A DNA stretch of 59,259 nt from contig JALOTQ010000002.1 in the NCBI GenBank assembly GCA_025457815.1, positions 1 through 59,259 on the forward strand. Direction: 5' to 3'. The position numbers were made by a program, and so were the translations under genes. Source of the DNA: Thermoplasmata archaeon. Lineage in GTDB: Archaea > Thermoplasmatota > Thermoplasmata > UBA10834. The notes beneath the pieces are model-generated. The model searched no databases. It saw nothing but the letters and a program-made list of their open reading frames with translations, and had not been told where the DNA came from. This document shows positions 26,704 through 34,714 of the stretch, piece by piece; position 1 is the first letter of the stretch, and each line of letters starts with the position of its first letter.

Positions 26704-27768
26704 TCACACCACCAGCAGATTCTCGATGACCTTGGTCGGCAGGTTGTTTTCCTTGCCCCTCGCGATGATCCTTATGTTGTCCACTTCCACCTTCTTGCGT
26801 ATCATGTAGTTCACTATAGGCAGAACCGAGAGAGGGTAGAAGTGGGCGAACTTCTCGCTCTTGCCTATCAGCGACTTGTCCAACGCTATCGTTATCTCCG
26901 ACAGCTTCTTGTCAACCTTGAACTGCTCCAGGGCGGGCTTGATGGACTCCGACATCGAGGACTTCTCCAGCTCCTCGATTATGGGGTTCAGTCCTTCGGA
27001 CTGCGCCAGCCCTCTCAGCTTCTCGACGCTGAACTCAACGCCGCCTGGTATCAGGTACTTCGCAATCTTGTCCTCTGATATCCTTTCGGCCTTGAGCTTC
27101 AACAGGATCTTCATGTTCGTTACATCGACTTCGTGCCGCACGAAATCCCGGAGGATCTTGTCCGCGGTCTTCGTCGGTTCGATGGATTTCAGGAGGTCGT
27201 AGTAGAATGTCTGGTCCAGGTGGTCCTCAAGGCTCGCGAGCCTGCTCGTGTCCACGACCTCTCGCACCATTTCTGGCGTGAGGGCCAGAGATGGCTGGCT
27301 CGAGAGGGCGTCCATTATCTCCTGGACGGAAGTCATCTGGACGAGACCCTTCAGGTACGTCTCGGAGAATGCTCCCGCGGGGACCAGAGTGTCTACAATC
27401 TCCTCCTCCCGCACATTCGTGACTTTCCCTCTGAGAACTGTCTTGACGTTGAATGCATCCCAGCGCTTCAGGTAGCTGGCGACCATTTCGCGAAGGTGAC
27501 CCGTGGTGAAGCTGAGGATCGCGGAGTAAGTGGTCGCGAGGTTGCGGGTGACTGCGACTTCCACCAGGTTCCCTCCGGAATGCCGAGACGCGTACTTGGC
27601 CATCTCGTCCTTGTATTGGGTCTCGCCGAGGTACCTCCCAATCTCGAAGACGTCCATTACGAGCATCCTGGAATAGACGTCCTTTGAGAGGAGGAAGTGC
27701 TTCTTCGCCTTGACCCTGGTGCACGCATACGCATAGTTCCCCCCACGGCTGAGCCCGAATGTCCACAT
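26704..27768 (-). CDS. atpC: A-type ATP synthase subunit C
   Basis: 354 aa, all-helical. 'GNYAYACTRVKAKKHFLL' N-terminus is typical of subunit C (d). Operon position supports the call. Confidence 0.85.
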   Translation of the reverse strand: MWTFGLSRGGNYAYACTRVKAKKHFLLSKDVYSRMLVMDVFEIGRYLGETQYKDEMAKYASRHSGGNLVEVAVTRNLATTYSAILSFTTGHLREMVASYLKRWDAFNVKTVLRGKVTNVREEEIVDTLVPAGAFSETYLKGLVQMTSVQEIMDALSSQPSLALTPEMVREVVDTSRLASLEDHLDQTFYYDLLKSIEPTKTADKILRDFVRHEVDVTNMKILLKLKAERISEDKIAKYLIPGGVEFSVEKLRGLAQSEGLNPIIEELEKSSMSESIKPALEQFKVDKKLSEITIALDKSLIGKSEKFAHFYPLSVLPIVNYMIRKKVEVDNIRIIARGKENNLPTKVIENLLVV

Positions 27769-27776
27769 CTCTCAAT

Positions 27777-28334
27777 TCACCCGAACAACTTCGCGAATAT
27801 CTCCTGCATGTCCTTGTTCCAAATCTCGTCCACCATGCTCTCGAATCGGAAGTCGAGCCTGACGCTGCGGTCTTTGCTCTCGAACACAAGGCCTCCGCGG
27901 CAATCAATCTGCCCTCCGGCTGACAGCCCTGAGGTGAGCGAGAGGAGTGACTTGTCGTCCTTGTTTGTGTAGACGTAACACTCGCCTAGCTCCTTCTTCG
28001 CCCTAGCCGCGAGCTGGTTGTAGAGCTTCCTCCGCTTGTCCTTGGGGTACGCCTCGAGCTCCGCGAGAACCTGCTCCTTCAGCTCCTCCATGACCAGCCT
28101 CTGGGCGGCGAGGAGCGCCTTTTTGGATTCCAGCTCAGCGCTCGACAGCTCCTGCTGCTCCATCTGGACGATGAGCGCGTCAGTCCTGGTAAGCCCCTTC
28201 TTGCGGTCCTCCTCGACCTTCTTCTCGGCCTGGAAGATCGTATCATCCCGCTCCTTCTCGCCGAGCTTCAGGATCTCTCGCTTTCGCTCCTCGCCTCTGT
28301 GAAGGATATCCTCGACTACCTTGTCCAAGCTCAT
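27777..28334 (-). CDS. atpE: A-type ATP synthase subunit E
   Basis: 185 aa. Charged coiled-coil N-terminus, globular C-terminus, and operon position. Confidence 0.8.
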   Translation of the reverse strand: MSLDKVVEDILHRGEERKREILKLGEKERDDTIFQAEKKVEEDRKKGLTRTDALIVQMEQQELSSAELESKKALLAAQRLVMEELKEQVLAELEAYPKDKRRKLYNQLAARAKKELGECYVYTNKDDKSLLSLTSGLSAGGQIDCRGGLVFESKDRSVRLDFRFESMVDEIWNKDMQEIFAKLFG

Positions 28335-28406
28335 CGTGTCCCAGCTCCTTCTCTAGGTCTTCGCACCGACCGCTCTTCTTCCGTTGCCACACGCATCAAG
28401 AGCCGT

Positions 28407-28628
28407 TCATGCCTTCGTGTACAGCAGGAACGCGATTGCCAGCCCGAATATCACGATTGTCTCGGAAATGACCATCAGAGTCAGGCCACGTCCGAACATC
28501 TTCGGGTTCTCTGCTGTCGCACCCACTGCTGCTGCTCCCACTTGCGCCTGCGCGACGCCAGTGCCGAGCCCCGCCACGCCAACGGCGATGCCGGCCCCAA
28601 CGAGCGCCAATCCGGTCCCAATATCCAT
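28407..28628 (-). CDS. atpK: A-type ATP synthase proteolipid subunit K (c)
   Basis: 73-aa two-helix hairpin. Gly-rich helix 1 'GAGIAVGVAGLGTGVAQ' and the conserved Glu in 'MVISETIVIFGL'. Confidence 0.9.
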   Translation of the reverse strand: MDIGTGLALVGAGIAVGVAGLGTGVAQAQVGAAAVGATAENPKMFGRGLTLMVISETIVIFGLAIAFLLYTKA

Positions 28629-28641
28629 TTCTTTCGCCTCC

Positions 28642-30633
28642 TCATTTCGTCGCTACCGAGTACTTCCTCTCGTACTTCAGAGGGGAGAAGTCCGTGCCTC
28701 CGCCCTCGTAGAACTTGAGGAAGAACTCCACATAGTTCAACCTGATAGCCTGGATGCCCGCTGATAGGGCCCCCAGGATGAATACGAAGAAGGTCTGGGC
28801 GATCACGAGCATGACCGCCCCTAGGATCGCCAGGACGATGTTGCCGCTCTCGAATATCAGAGGGAAGAACATCGTGTTGAACGCCATGGCCACCGCCCCC
28901 TTGCCCGTCGCAAGGGCTGCCAGCCTCATGTAGGACATGATGTTCGTGAAGAGTCCGAGAACTTCGGTCAGGGCAATAGCACCTTCAGTGATTGGCAGGA
29001 CCACAATGCCAACGACGATCATCGCGACGGCTGGCAGAGAGACCTCCACGCCGACGAGCGTCTCGTTCATTGCGGGAAGGAACGTCTGGAGCCCCGAGTT
29101 TATCAGGTCGCTCGTCCTGGTAGCACTGCCGGCTATCGTCATGAGCTCGACGAACAGCCCGAACAGGACTATCAGCCAGGCGATCTTGGCAACTGCGTGC
29201 TTCTTGTTGTGATGGATCGTGTTGAAGAAACCGAACACGAATCCTAGCGTGAGGTGTAACCATCCGGCGAAGAGGGAGATGGCCAGCATCTCAGTTATGT
29301 CGTGCATCTTGTCAAGCACCGGGTGAATCGGGATGTTGGCAAGAGACTCCCAAGAGTACTCCTCGGGGTTCTCCTCCGGAGGATGGAACGGAACACCGAA
29401 CGCCTCAGCGAAGACGAACAGGCCGAACACGCTCGCCAACAATCCGCCAGCCATGACGATTGTCCCTAGCTTCTGGAGGTCCGGGCTGTTCTTGAGCTTG
29501 AAACGCATGATGCCACCGAGGACCAACAGACCTATCCCGAAGCCCAGGTCGCCGATCATGAACCCGAAGAACAGAGGGAACGTGATGAACAGGATCAGGG
29601 TAGGGTCGATCTCCTCGTACTTCGGAGTCGACACGAGGTTGATGAAGAATTCGAACGGCTTCACGAGCTTCGAGTTCCTCAGCTTCACTGGAGGCTCGTC
29701 ATCCTTCTCCCTAGGCACACTCTCCATGTGCACCAGACCGGCGCAGAACGAATCGAGCGACCTCTTGATCTCAGGCATCCTTGAGGACGGTATCCATCCG
29801 TCAATGACGAAAGAATTCGCAGTCGAGGCCACCCTCAGGGGCGTTTCCGCCTTCAGGACCTCGATGGCCAGGTGCTCTTCGGAAGATATGATGAAGTCCG
29901 CGAACTTCTTTCTTATGGCCTCGATGTCTTTTTCGATCCTCTCGAGGTCTTTTCTGAGGTCGGCAATCTCGGACGCGTTCTTCGCGATCACCGCCTTTGG
30001 GTCCCCCTTGAGCTTCGGGAGCTTCGCCTCCTGGAAATCGTGCTCTGTCAGTATCCGGAGAGCCTCTGTCTTGTCCTCGTTCCTCGCAAAGACCGCCACG
30101 ACCACATCGCTCTTGCGGGGGTTCGCGAGTATCTCGACGTCGGAAATCTTGGCAGATAGAGCACCCGTAGGATCATTCTTGCAGGTGCCCACAAATGAGG
30201 AAATGCTGTCGAAGCCGTCGTAGTCCTCGATCGGCACCCCAAAATCCTGGATGGGGGACAGAAGCCGTATCTCGGCCTCCTTCTGCCTGATCAGCGCCTG
30301 GATCTTCTGTCTCTCCTCTGCCTCGTCATGTGTGTTGAGGTCCAAGGTGACCAGGGCTTGCTCCATGCGCTTCGTGATGTCGCTGACAGGCATCTTGTCC
30401 TTGGGCTTGTGCTCTTCGATGTTCAGCGTGCGGATGATCGATCTGAGCTTCAGGAGCTTTTGGGAGGATGCGGACGCCTTCGGGAGAGGCTGCCCTATCT
30501 TGAAATCCTCATCCTGTTGTGTGAAGTCTATCAGGTGCAGTACGCCAAGCTCGTACAGACAATCGATCGTGGCATCGAGACTGTCTATCGAACCTACGAT
30601 GACAGCTCGAGTCATGTCCTCTGGCCTAAGCAT
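28642..30633 (-). CDS. atpI: A-type ATP synthase subunit I (a)
   Basis: ATG 30633 ('MLRPEDMTRAVIVG'). Cytoplasmic coiled-coil N-terminal half and polytopic C-terminal half with 'SYMRLAALATG' (essential Arg). Confidence 0.9.
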   Translation of the reverse strand: MLRPEDMTRAVIVGSIDSLDATIDCLYELGVLHLIDFTQQDEDFKIGQPLPKASASSQKLLKLRSIIRTLNIEEHKPKDKMPVSDITKRMEQALVTLDLNTHDEAEERQKIQALIRQKEAEIRLLSPIQDFGVPIEDYDGFDSISSFVGTCKNDPTGALSAKISDVEILANPRKSDVVVAVFARNEDKTEALRILTEHDFQEAKLPKLKGDPKAVIAKNASEIADLRKDLERIEKDIEAIRKKFADFIISSEEHLAIEVLKAETPLRVASTANSFVIDGWIPSSRMPEIKRSLDSFCAGLVHMESVPREKDDEPPVKLRNSKLVKPFEFFINLVSTPKYEEIDPTLILFITFPLFFGFMIGDLGFGIGLLVLGGIMRFKLKNSPDLQKLGTIVMAGGLLASVFGLFVFAEAFGVPFHPPEENPEEYSWESLANIPIHPVLDKMHDITEMLAISLFAGWLHLTLGFVFGFFNTIHHNKKHAVAKIAWLIVLFGLFVELMTIAGSATRTSDLINSGLQTFLPAMNETLVGVEVSLPAVAMIVVGIVVLPITEGAIALTEVLGLFTNIMSYMRLAALATGKGAVAMAFNTMFFPLIFESGNIVLAILGAVMLVIAQTFFVFILGALSAGIQAIRLNYVEFFLKFYEGGGTDFSPLKYERKYSVATK

Positions 30634-30961
30634 CAGCTGCCCTCTCAAACTCCGATAGAACGAACCCCTTCGCATCGCCCATCTTCCTGCGAGCTGCGGA
30701 TGCGATGGCATCAGCCCTCGCATGACCTTCCTGGAGCAGCCTCTTCTTCTGCTCATCGATGCGAGCCTGTGCCGCGGCGAGCTTGGAATCCGTCTGCTGC
30801 CTGAGCTCTTTGTGGGCCGCCTCGGTCCGCTGCAGCGCTATCCGCTTGCCGTCGGCTTGGAGCTGCTTCCGCCTCTCCTCGGCCTCGGCTATCATAGACC
30901 GGACCTTCTCCTCTGCGGTCTTTATCTCGCGCAGGATTTCGGCCTTGCCCAAGTCAGCCAC
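30626..30961 (-). CDS. atpH: A-type ATP synthase subunit H
   Basis: GTG start, 111-aa charged coiled coil 'AEILREIKTAEEKVRSMIAEAEERRKQL'. It is the first gene of the operon. Confidence 0.75.
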   Translation of the reverse strand: MADLGKAEILREIKTAEEKVRSMIAEAEERRKQLQADGKRIALQRTEAAHKELRQQTDSKLAAAQARIDEQKKRLLQEGHARADAIASAARRKMGDAKGFVLSEFERAADA

Positions 30962-30986
30962 TTTCCGGTCGCTGATGCGGGTTTCG

Positions 30987-30994
30987 ATATAAAT
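30987..30994 (-). promoter_or_regulatory. TATA box (ATTTATAT on the minus strand) of the ATPase operon
   Basis: AT-rich octamer about 30 nt upstream of the atpH GTG (30961). Confidence 0.4.
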
Positions 30995-31070
30995 AGGCTA
31001 CGCGGTCTGACCTTTTCGAAAATGACTCCCTGGGATATCGACATTTAACGACACGACGGAGCCGTCTTCG

Positions 31071-31553
31071 TCACTTCTTCAACTTGGCCGAGAAATCGTC
31101 CTTGTTGAGCCGCGTGAGTCTCACGCCGGCTTGTTTGAGGAGCTCCACGCCCGCGAGGTCCGAGTAGTCGTCGATGTACACGACGCGCGCGACCTGAGCG
31201 TTGAGTATCATGCGCGCGCAGATCGGACACGGCACGATCGTGGAGTACATGGTCGAGTGCCGCGCGTTCGTGCCCGCCTGTATGAGCGCGTTCTGTTCAG
31301 CGTGCACGGCGGTGCAGGTCTCCAGCCTGGTGCCCGATGGGATGTTGAGCTTGTCCCTGATGCACCCGATCTCCTCGCAGTGCGGTATCCCTCGCGGGTT
31401 GCCGTTGTACCCCGTGCTCTTGATCTCGCCCACATCGCTCACCACGATCGCGCCTATCTGCCTCCGAGTACAGGTGCTCCTGCGGGATACCTCGATGGCG
31501 ATGTTCATGAAGTAGTGGTCCTTGTCTATGCGCTTGTGCCCCTTGTCGGTCAC
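31071..31553 (-). CDS. dCMP deaminase (ComEB-like cytidine/deoxycytidylate deaminase)
   Basis: 'KRIDKDHYFMNIAIEVSRRSTCTRRQIGAIVV', 'HAEQNALIQA', 'PCPICARMI'. The start is uncertain (GTG at 31553 or 31559). The track start at 31658 adds an unlikely extension. Confidence 0.85.
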   Translation of the reverse strand: MTDKGHKRIDKDHYFMNIAIEVSRRSTCTRRQIGAIVVSDVGEIKSTGYNGNPRGIPHCEEIGCIRDKLNIPSGTRLETCTAVHAEQNALIQAGTNARHSTMYSTIVPCPICARMILNAQVARVVYIDDYSDLAGVELLKQAGVRLTRLNKDDFSAKLKK

Positions 31554-31691
31554 TCGCACCCTCTCTGGCCTCAATCCCCTGGGGACATTTCTACCTTTCT
31601 GTGCGTTCGTCTCCAGGGCCCTCTGGTCCCCGCAGGGAAAGGTTAGAAATAGAGTCACTTCTCTTGTTCCGTCTCGCAGGAGGTCCTCAGA

Positions 31692-32270
31692 TTGAGCAAG
31701 TGGTTCAAGATAGTGGCCGCCGGGGTCGCCATAGTCGCGCTCGCGCTGCTAGCGTTCGCCCTGCTCACCCCGGATGTGACGACGACCGATTCCGACCACG
31801 GGATGATGACGCACACCTACACCACCTACGACATGTCTCTGATAGTCGCTTCGACCATCATCCTCGTCGCCGCGCTCATGGTGATATTCCTCTGGAACGA
31901 GTACGAGCCCCTCCCTCCCGCGATGGCCCAAGTCCCGGCCCCGCCACCCGCGGCCGCGCCCGAGAAGCGGCCGGAGAAGCCTCAGGCGGTTGTTGCCGGA
32001 GGGGCGCCCGCAGCAGCGCCTGCTGCCCCCGAGCCCGAGGAGGTCGCGGCCCGAGAGTACCTGATATTGAGGCTCTTGACGGGCGACGAAAGGATCATGT
32101 TCAAGGCCATCATGGACGGCGGAGGCGAGGCCCTCCAAAAGGACCTCATCCTACGTACGAAGATGTCCAATGCGAAGGTCTCGAGGCTGTTGGACAAGCT
32201 CGAGCAGAAGGGCGTCATAACCAAGGAGAGGTACGGGGCGACGAACAAGGTGAGGATCAAGCCGGAATAA
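31692..32270 (+). CDS. Membrane-anchored winged-helix protein (COG2512-like: TM segments + Pro/Ala linker + wHTH)
   Basis: TTG start. Two hydrophobic segments, linker 'PAPPPAAAPEKRPEKPQAVVAGGAPAAAPAAPEPEE', then wHTH 'ILRLLTGDERIMFKAIMDGGGEALQKDLILRTKMSNAKVSRLLDKLEQKGVITKER'. Confidence 0.7.
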   Translation: MSKWFKIVAAGVAIVALALLAFALLTPDVTTTDSDHGMMTHTYTTYDMSLIVASTIILVAALMVIFLWNEYEPLPPAMAQVPAPPPAAAPEKRPEKPQAVVAGGAPAAAPAAPEPEEVAAREYLILRLLTGDERIMFKAIMDGGGEALQKDLILRTKMSNAKVSRLLDKLEQKGVITKERYGATNKVRIKPE

Positions 32271-32281
32271 CCCCCAGACGG

Positions 32282-32358
32282 CACTTTTCAGCCCACTTTT
32301 CACCGTTCTGCAAAGGTTTTGCGAGCTTTTCAGGATAGGTCCAAGTACCATTTCAGCC
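32282..32358 (+). repeat. Four copies of a (C/A)NTTTCA(G/C)C-like motif, the first two in tandem
   Basis: CACTTTTCAGCC (32282-32293), CACTTTTCACCG (32294-32305), AGCTTTTCAGGA (32324-32335), ACCATTTCAGCC (32347-32358). Confidence 0.6.
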
Positions 32359-32421
32359 AAAACAGTAGCGAAGGCTTCGGGGAAGGAAAACCGAAGCACA
32401 CGACAAAAGAGGTGAACAAGA

Positions 32422-32709
32422 ATGAAGACAACCGCGCTGATTGCGATCATAGGAGTCGTAGCAGTGCTAGGCGTAGCAGGTGCAGCCGTTGCCTCAGGGG
32501 CCGTCGCCAACCCCCTCGGGAGCGCATCCGACGGGAGCGGATCCGGGCACATGAACGGTGGTCACAAGCACATGTTCGAGTGGTCGTGGGCGGGCGAGTC
32601 CGACGGATGCCATGACTACAACTACTCGTGGGACTACAGCTACGACTACGAGACCTGCGACGACGTCAACTGCACGTGCGACTGCCAAGACTGCCTGTGC
32701 AAGGACTGA
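32422..32709 (+). CDS. Small secreted Cys/Tyr/Asp/His-rich peptide (95-aa precursor)
   Basis: GAGGTG RBS 7 nt upstream of the ATG. Signal peptide 'MKTTALIAIIGVVAVLGVAGAAVASG', His cluster 'HMNGGHKHM', 'HDYNYSWDYSYDYE', and tail 'CDDVNCTCDCQDCLCKD'. An oligo-T run follows. Confidence 0.65.
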   Translation: MKTTALIAIIGVVAVLGVAGAAVASGAVANPLGSASDGSGSGHMNGGHKHMFEWSWAGESDGCHDYNYSWDYSYDYETCDDVNCTCDCQDCLCKD

Positions 32710-32749
32710 TCGTGCGGGCCCAAACCACTTCCTTACTTTCCTCCTCTCT

Positions 32750-32764
32750 CTTTTTTTCTTTTAT
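32750..32764 (+). terminator. Oligo-T archaeal terminator candidate
   Basis: 'ctttttttctttta' lies about 40 nt after the peptide gene stop. This is the strongest T-run I noticed. Confidence 0.45.
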
Positions 32765-32955
32765 GCGCAACTGCGATACAGTCCGGCATCCCCTGATTCG
32801 GAGCTCCAGGGCCCCCGCGCTGTGATGACAGCGCGGCACCTCAACAAGGCCTGAGGACCCCGCCCATCCTGCAACACTATATTAGATTGATACGCAGATT
32901 CGAACCCGGCGTCCGCAGACGGCCCCTGGCGTGGCAGGGGTCGTAGGGGTCTTGC

Positions 32956-34620
32956 ATGGGCGGCAGGTCTCAGCAGAAGAGGGTCTTTCTGAGAGAATCG
33001 ACGGGCCTTGTCAGAGAGATGAAGCCGCGCGACGCGCTGTATATGAACTTCCTGAACATGAGCATAGGGCTCGGGGTCGCCTGGGTGATATTCTGGGGCC
33101 CGGGGATCTATCCTGGAGCGGACGTCGAGCTGGGCCTGCTCATTTGCCTTGTGTGTTGCATGTTCGGCATGTTCTGTTTCGCGACGCTCACCGCGGCGAT
33201 GCCGCGAAGCGGTGGCGACTACGTGTTCGTGAGCCGATGCCTGCACCCCTCCCTCGGCTTCATGGCGAGCTGGACGTGGGTCAGCTGGAACATCGTCTGG
33301 TGCGGAGTGCTTGGAACATGGGTCGTCACGTGGGGTCTGAGGGATCTCCTCGCCATGCTTGCCGTCCTGGAGAACGACCCGAACCTCATCGCGTGGGCGA
33401 ATGACCTGAGCCAACCGGACAACCCGATAACGCTGACGATTACCTCCCTGGTGGTCGTTCTCTCGAGCATAATGTTGGCGCTCGGGCTCAAAGTCTACAT
33501 CAAGGTCCAAGCTGTGTGCGCGATACTCGGGCTTGTCATGCTGCTCGTCGCGGCCTTGCTGTTCGCGAACACCAGCAACGCGGAGTGGGAAGCGACATGG
33601 AACGAGTATGCCGAGCAACAGGGGACTGTCAGCTACGACGCGACGGTCACGGATGCCGCCGCCGATTTCCCGACGTCCGGGCTACCGTTCGGGGAATGGG
33701 GGCTCACCCTCGGAATGCTGCCTGTCGGATTCTGGGTCCTAGCGTATCCGTATTTCTCGGCTTACATGGGCGGTGAGCTCAAACGAGCCAAGACCACTGC
33801 GTTCATTGGAAATATGGGCGGGGTAATGATCGGCGGGATATTCGTCATCGGGATGTACGCTCTCGTGACGAACACTCTGAGCGAGGAGTTCATCATCGGA
33901 ACATATGCCCAGTACTACGATTACACGGGCTGGGACAGCGGAGGGAACGTGTACGGCATGCCCAGCCAGTGGTTCAACTTCCATGCCGGCCTCATTGGAG
34001 GGAACACCGCAGTTGCATACATCTTGGGCGTGGGGATGATAGGATGGCTCCTGATGTACCCCGCTCTCGCGTACTTGGGGCAGACCCGGGCGACGCTCGC
34101 ATGGTCCTTCGACAGGCTCATACCTGCGTGGTTCGGCAAGGTGAGCGACAGGTGGCACACGCCGATCAATGCGATCATATTCTTCACCGTCGTCAACTGG
34201 ATCTATCTCTTGATCTACGCCTTCACGTTCACTTACCAGCAGAGCTTCACCGCTCAGCTCGGTCAGATACTCGGCACGTTCCTGTTCGTCGGTCTCGCAG
34301 CCATCGCGCTCCCATACCGCAGGCGCACGAAGCCGATATACGAGGCGTCCGGGGCCAACTGGAAGATCGGAGGGGTCCCGATAGTGGCGATCGCGGGAGT
34401 CGTCTGGGTCGCGTTTGATCTGATATGCCTCTGGTACTTCCTCATCGACCCGAACCTCGGAGCGAGCGATGAATGGAGCGAGATCACTCCGCACTTCTCG
34501 GTCTTCCTCACATTCGGGATCATGTTCGCAGGGTTCGCTTACTACTGGGCGATCAGATGGCACCGGAAGAGACAGGGCATAGATGTCGACCTTGCGTTCA
34601 AAGAGCTACCCCCAGAGTGA
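32956..34620 (+). CDS. APC-superfamily amino acid/polyamine/organocation permease
   Basis: 554 aa with about 12 or more hydrophobic segments. The N-terminal 'LVREMKPRDALYMNFLNMSIGLGV' and 'TLTAAMPRSGGDYVFVSR' are typical of APC permeases. Confidence 0.85.
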   Translation: MGGRSQQKRVFLRESTGLVREMKPRDALYMNFLNMSIGLGVAWVIFWGPGIYPGADVELGLLICLVCCMFGMFCFATLTAAMPRSGGDYVFVSRCLHPSLGFMASWTWVSWNIVWCGVLGTWVVTWGLRDLLAMLAVLENDPNLIAWANDLSQPDNPITLTITSLVVVLSSIMLALGLKVYIKVQAVCAILGLVMLLVAALLFANTSNAEWEATWNEYAEQQGTVSYDATVTDAAADFPTSGLPFGEWGLTLGMLPVGFWVLAYPYFSAYMGGELKRAKTTAFIGNMGGVMIGGIFVIGMYALVTNTLSEEFIIGTYAQYYDYTGWDSGGNVYGMPSQWFNFHAGLIGGNTAVAYILGVGMIGWLLMYPALAYLGQTRATLAWSFDRLIPAWFGKVSDRWHTPINAIIFFTVVNWIYLLIYAFTFTYQQSFTAQLGQILGTFLFVGLAAIALPYRRRTKPIYEASGANWKIGGVPIVAIAGVVWVAFDLICLWYFLIDPNLGASDEWSEITPHFSVFLTFGIMFAGFAYYWAIRWHRKRQGIDVDLAFKELPPE

Positions 34621-34714
34621 CGAGGCAGGCCTAGTGAGCGAATCCCAGCTTTCAGCCGGGCATTCGGCACATGGACCAATCCCGGATTCGACAACTAGAT
34701 AGTGGGAATCAACC

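Noticed and set aside
32822-32854. Possible C/D-box sRNA (GTGATGA at 32822, CTGA at 32851).
   Set aside because: The spacing is too short for a full C/D/C'/D' unit, the downstream C'/D boxes are degenerate (CTGAGGA, no terminal CTGA), and there is no terminal stem.
32897-32910. tRNA T-loop-like string on the minus strand (GCCGGGTTCGAATC), which could suggest a tRNA gene or an integrase att remnant.
   Set aside because: The flanking bases do not form a T-stem (CCGGG versus CTGCG), and no acceptor, D or anticodon arms can be drawn. No integrase or other mobile-element gene is nearby, so this is most likely chance or a very decayed fragment.
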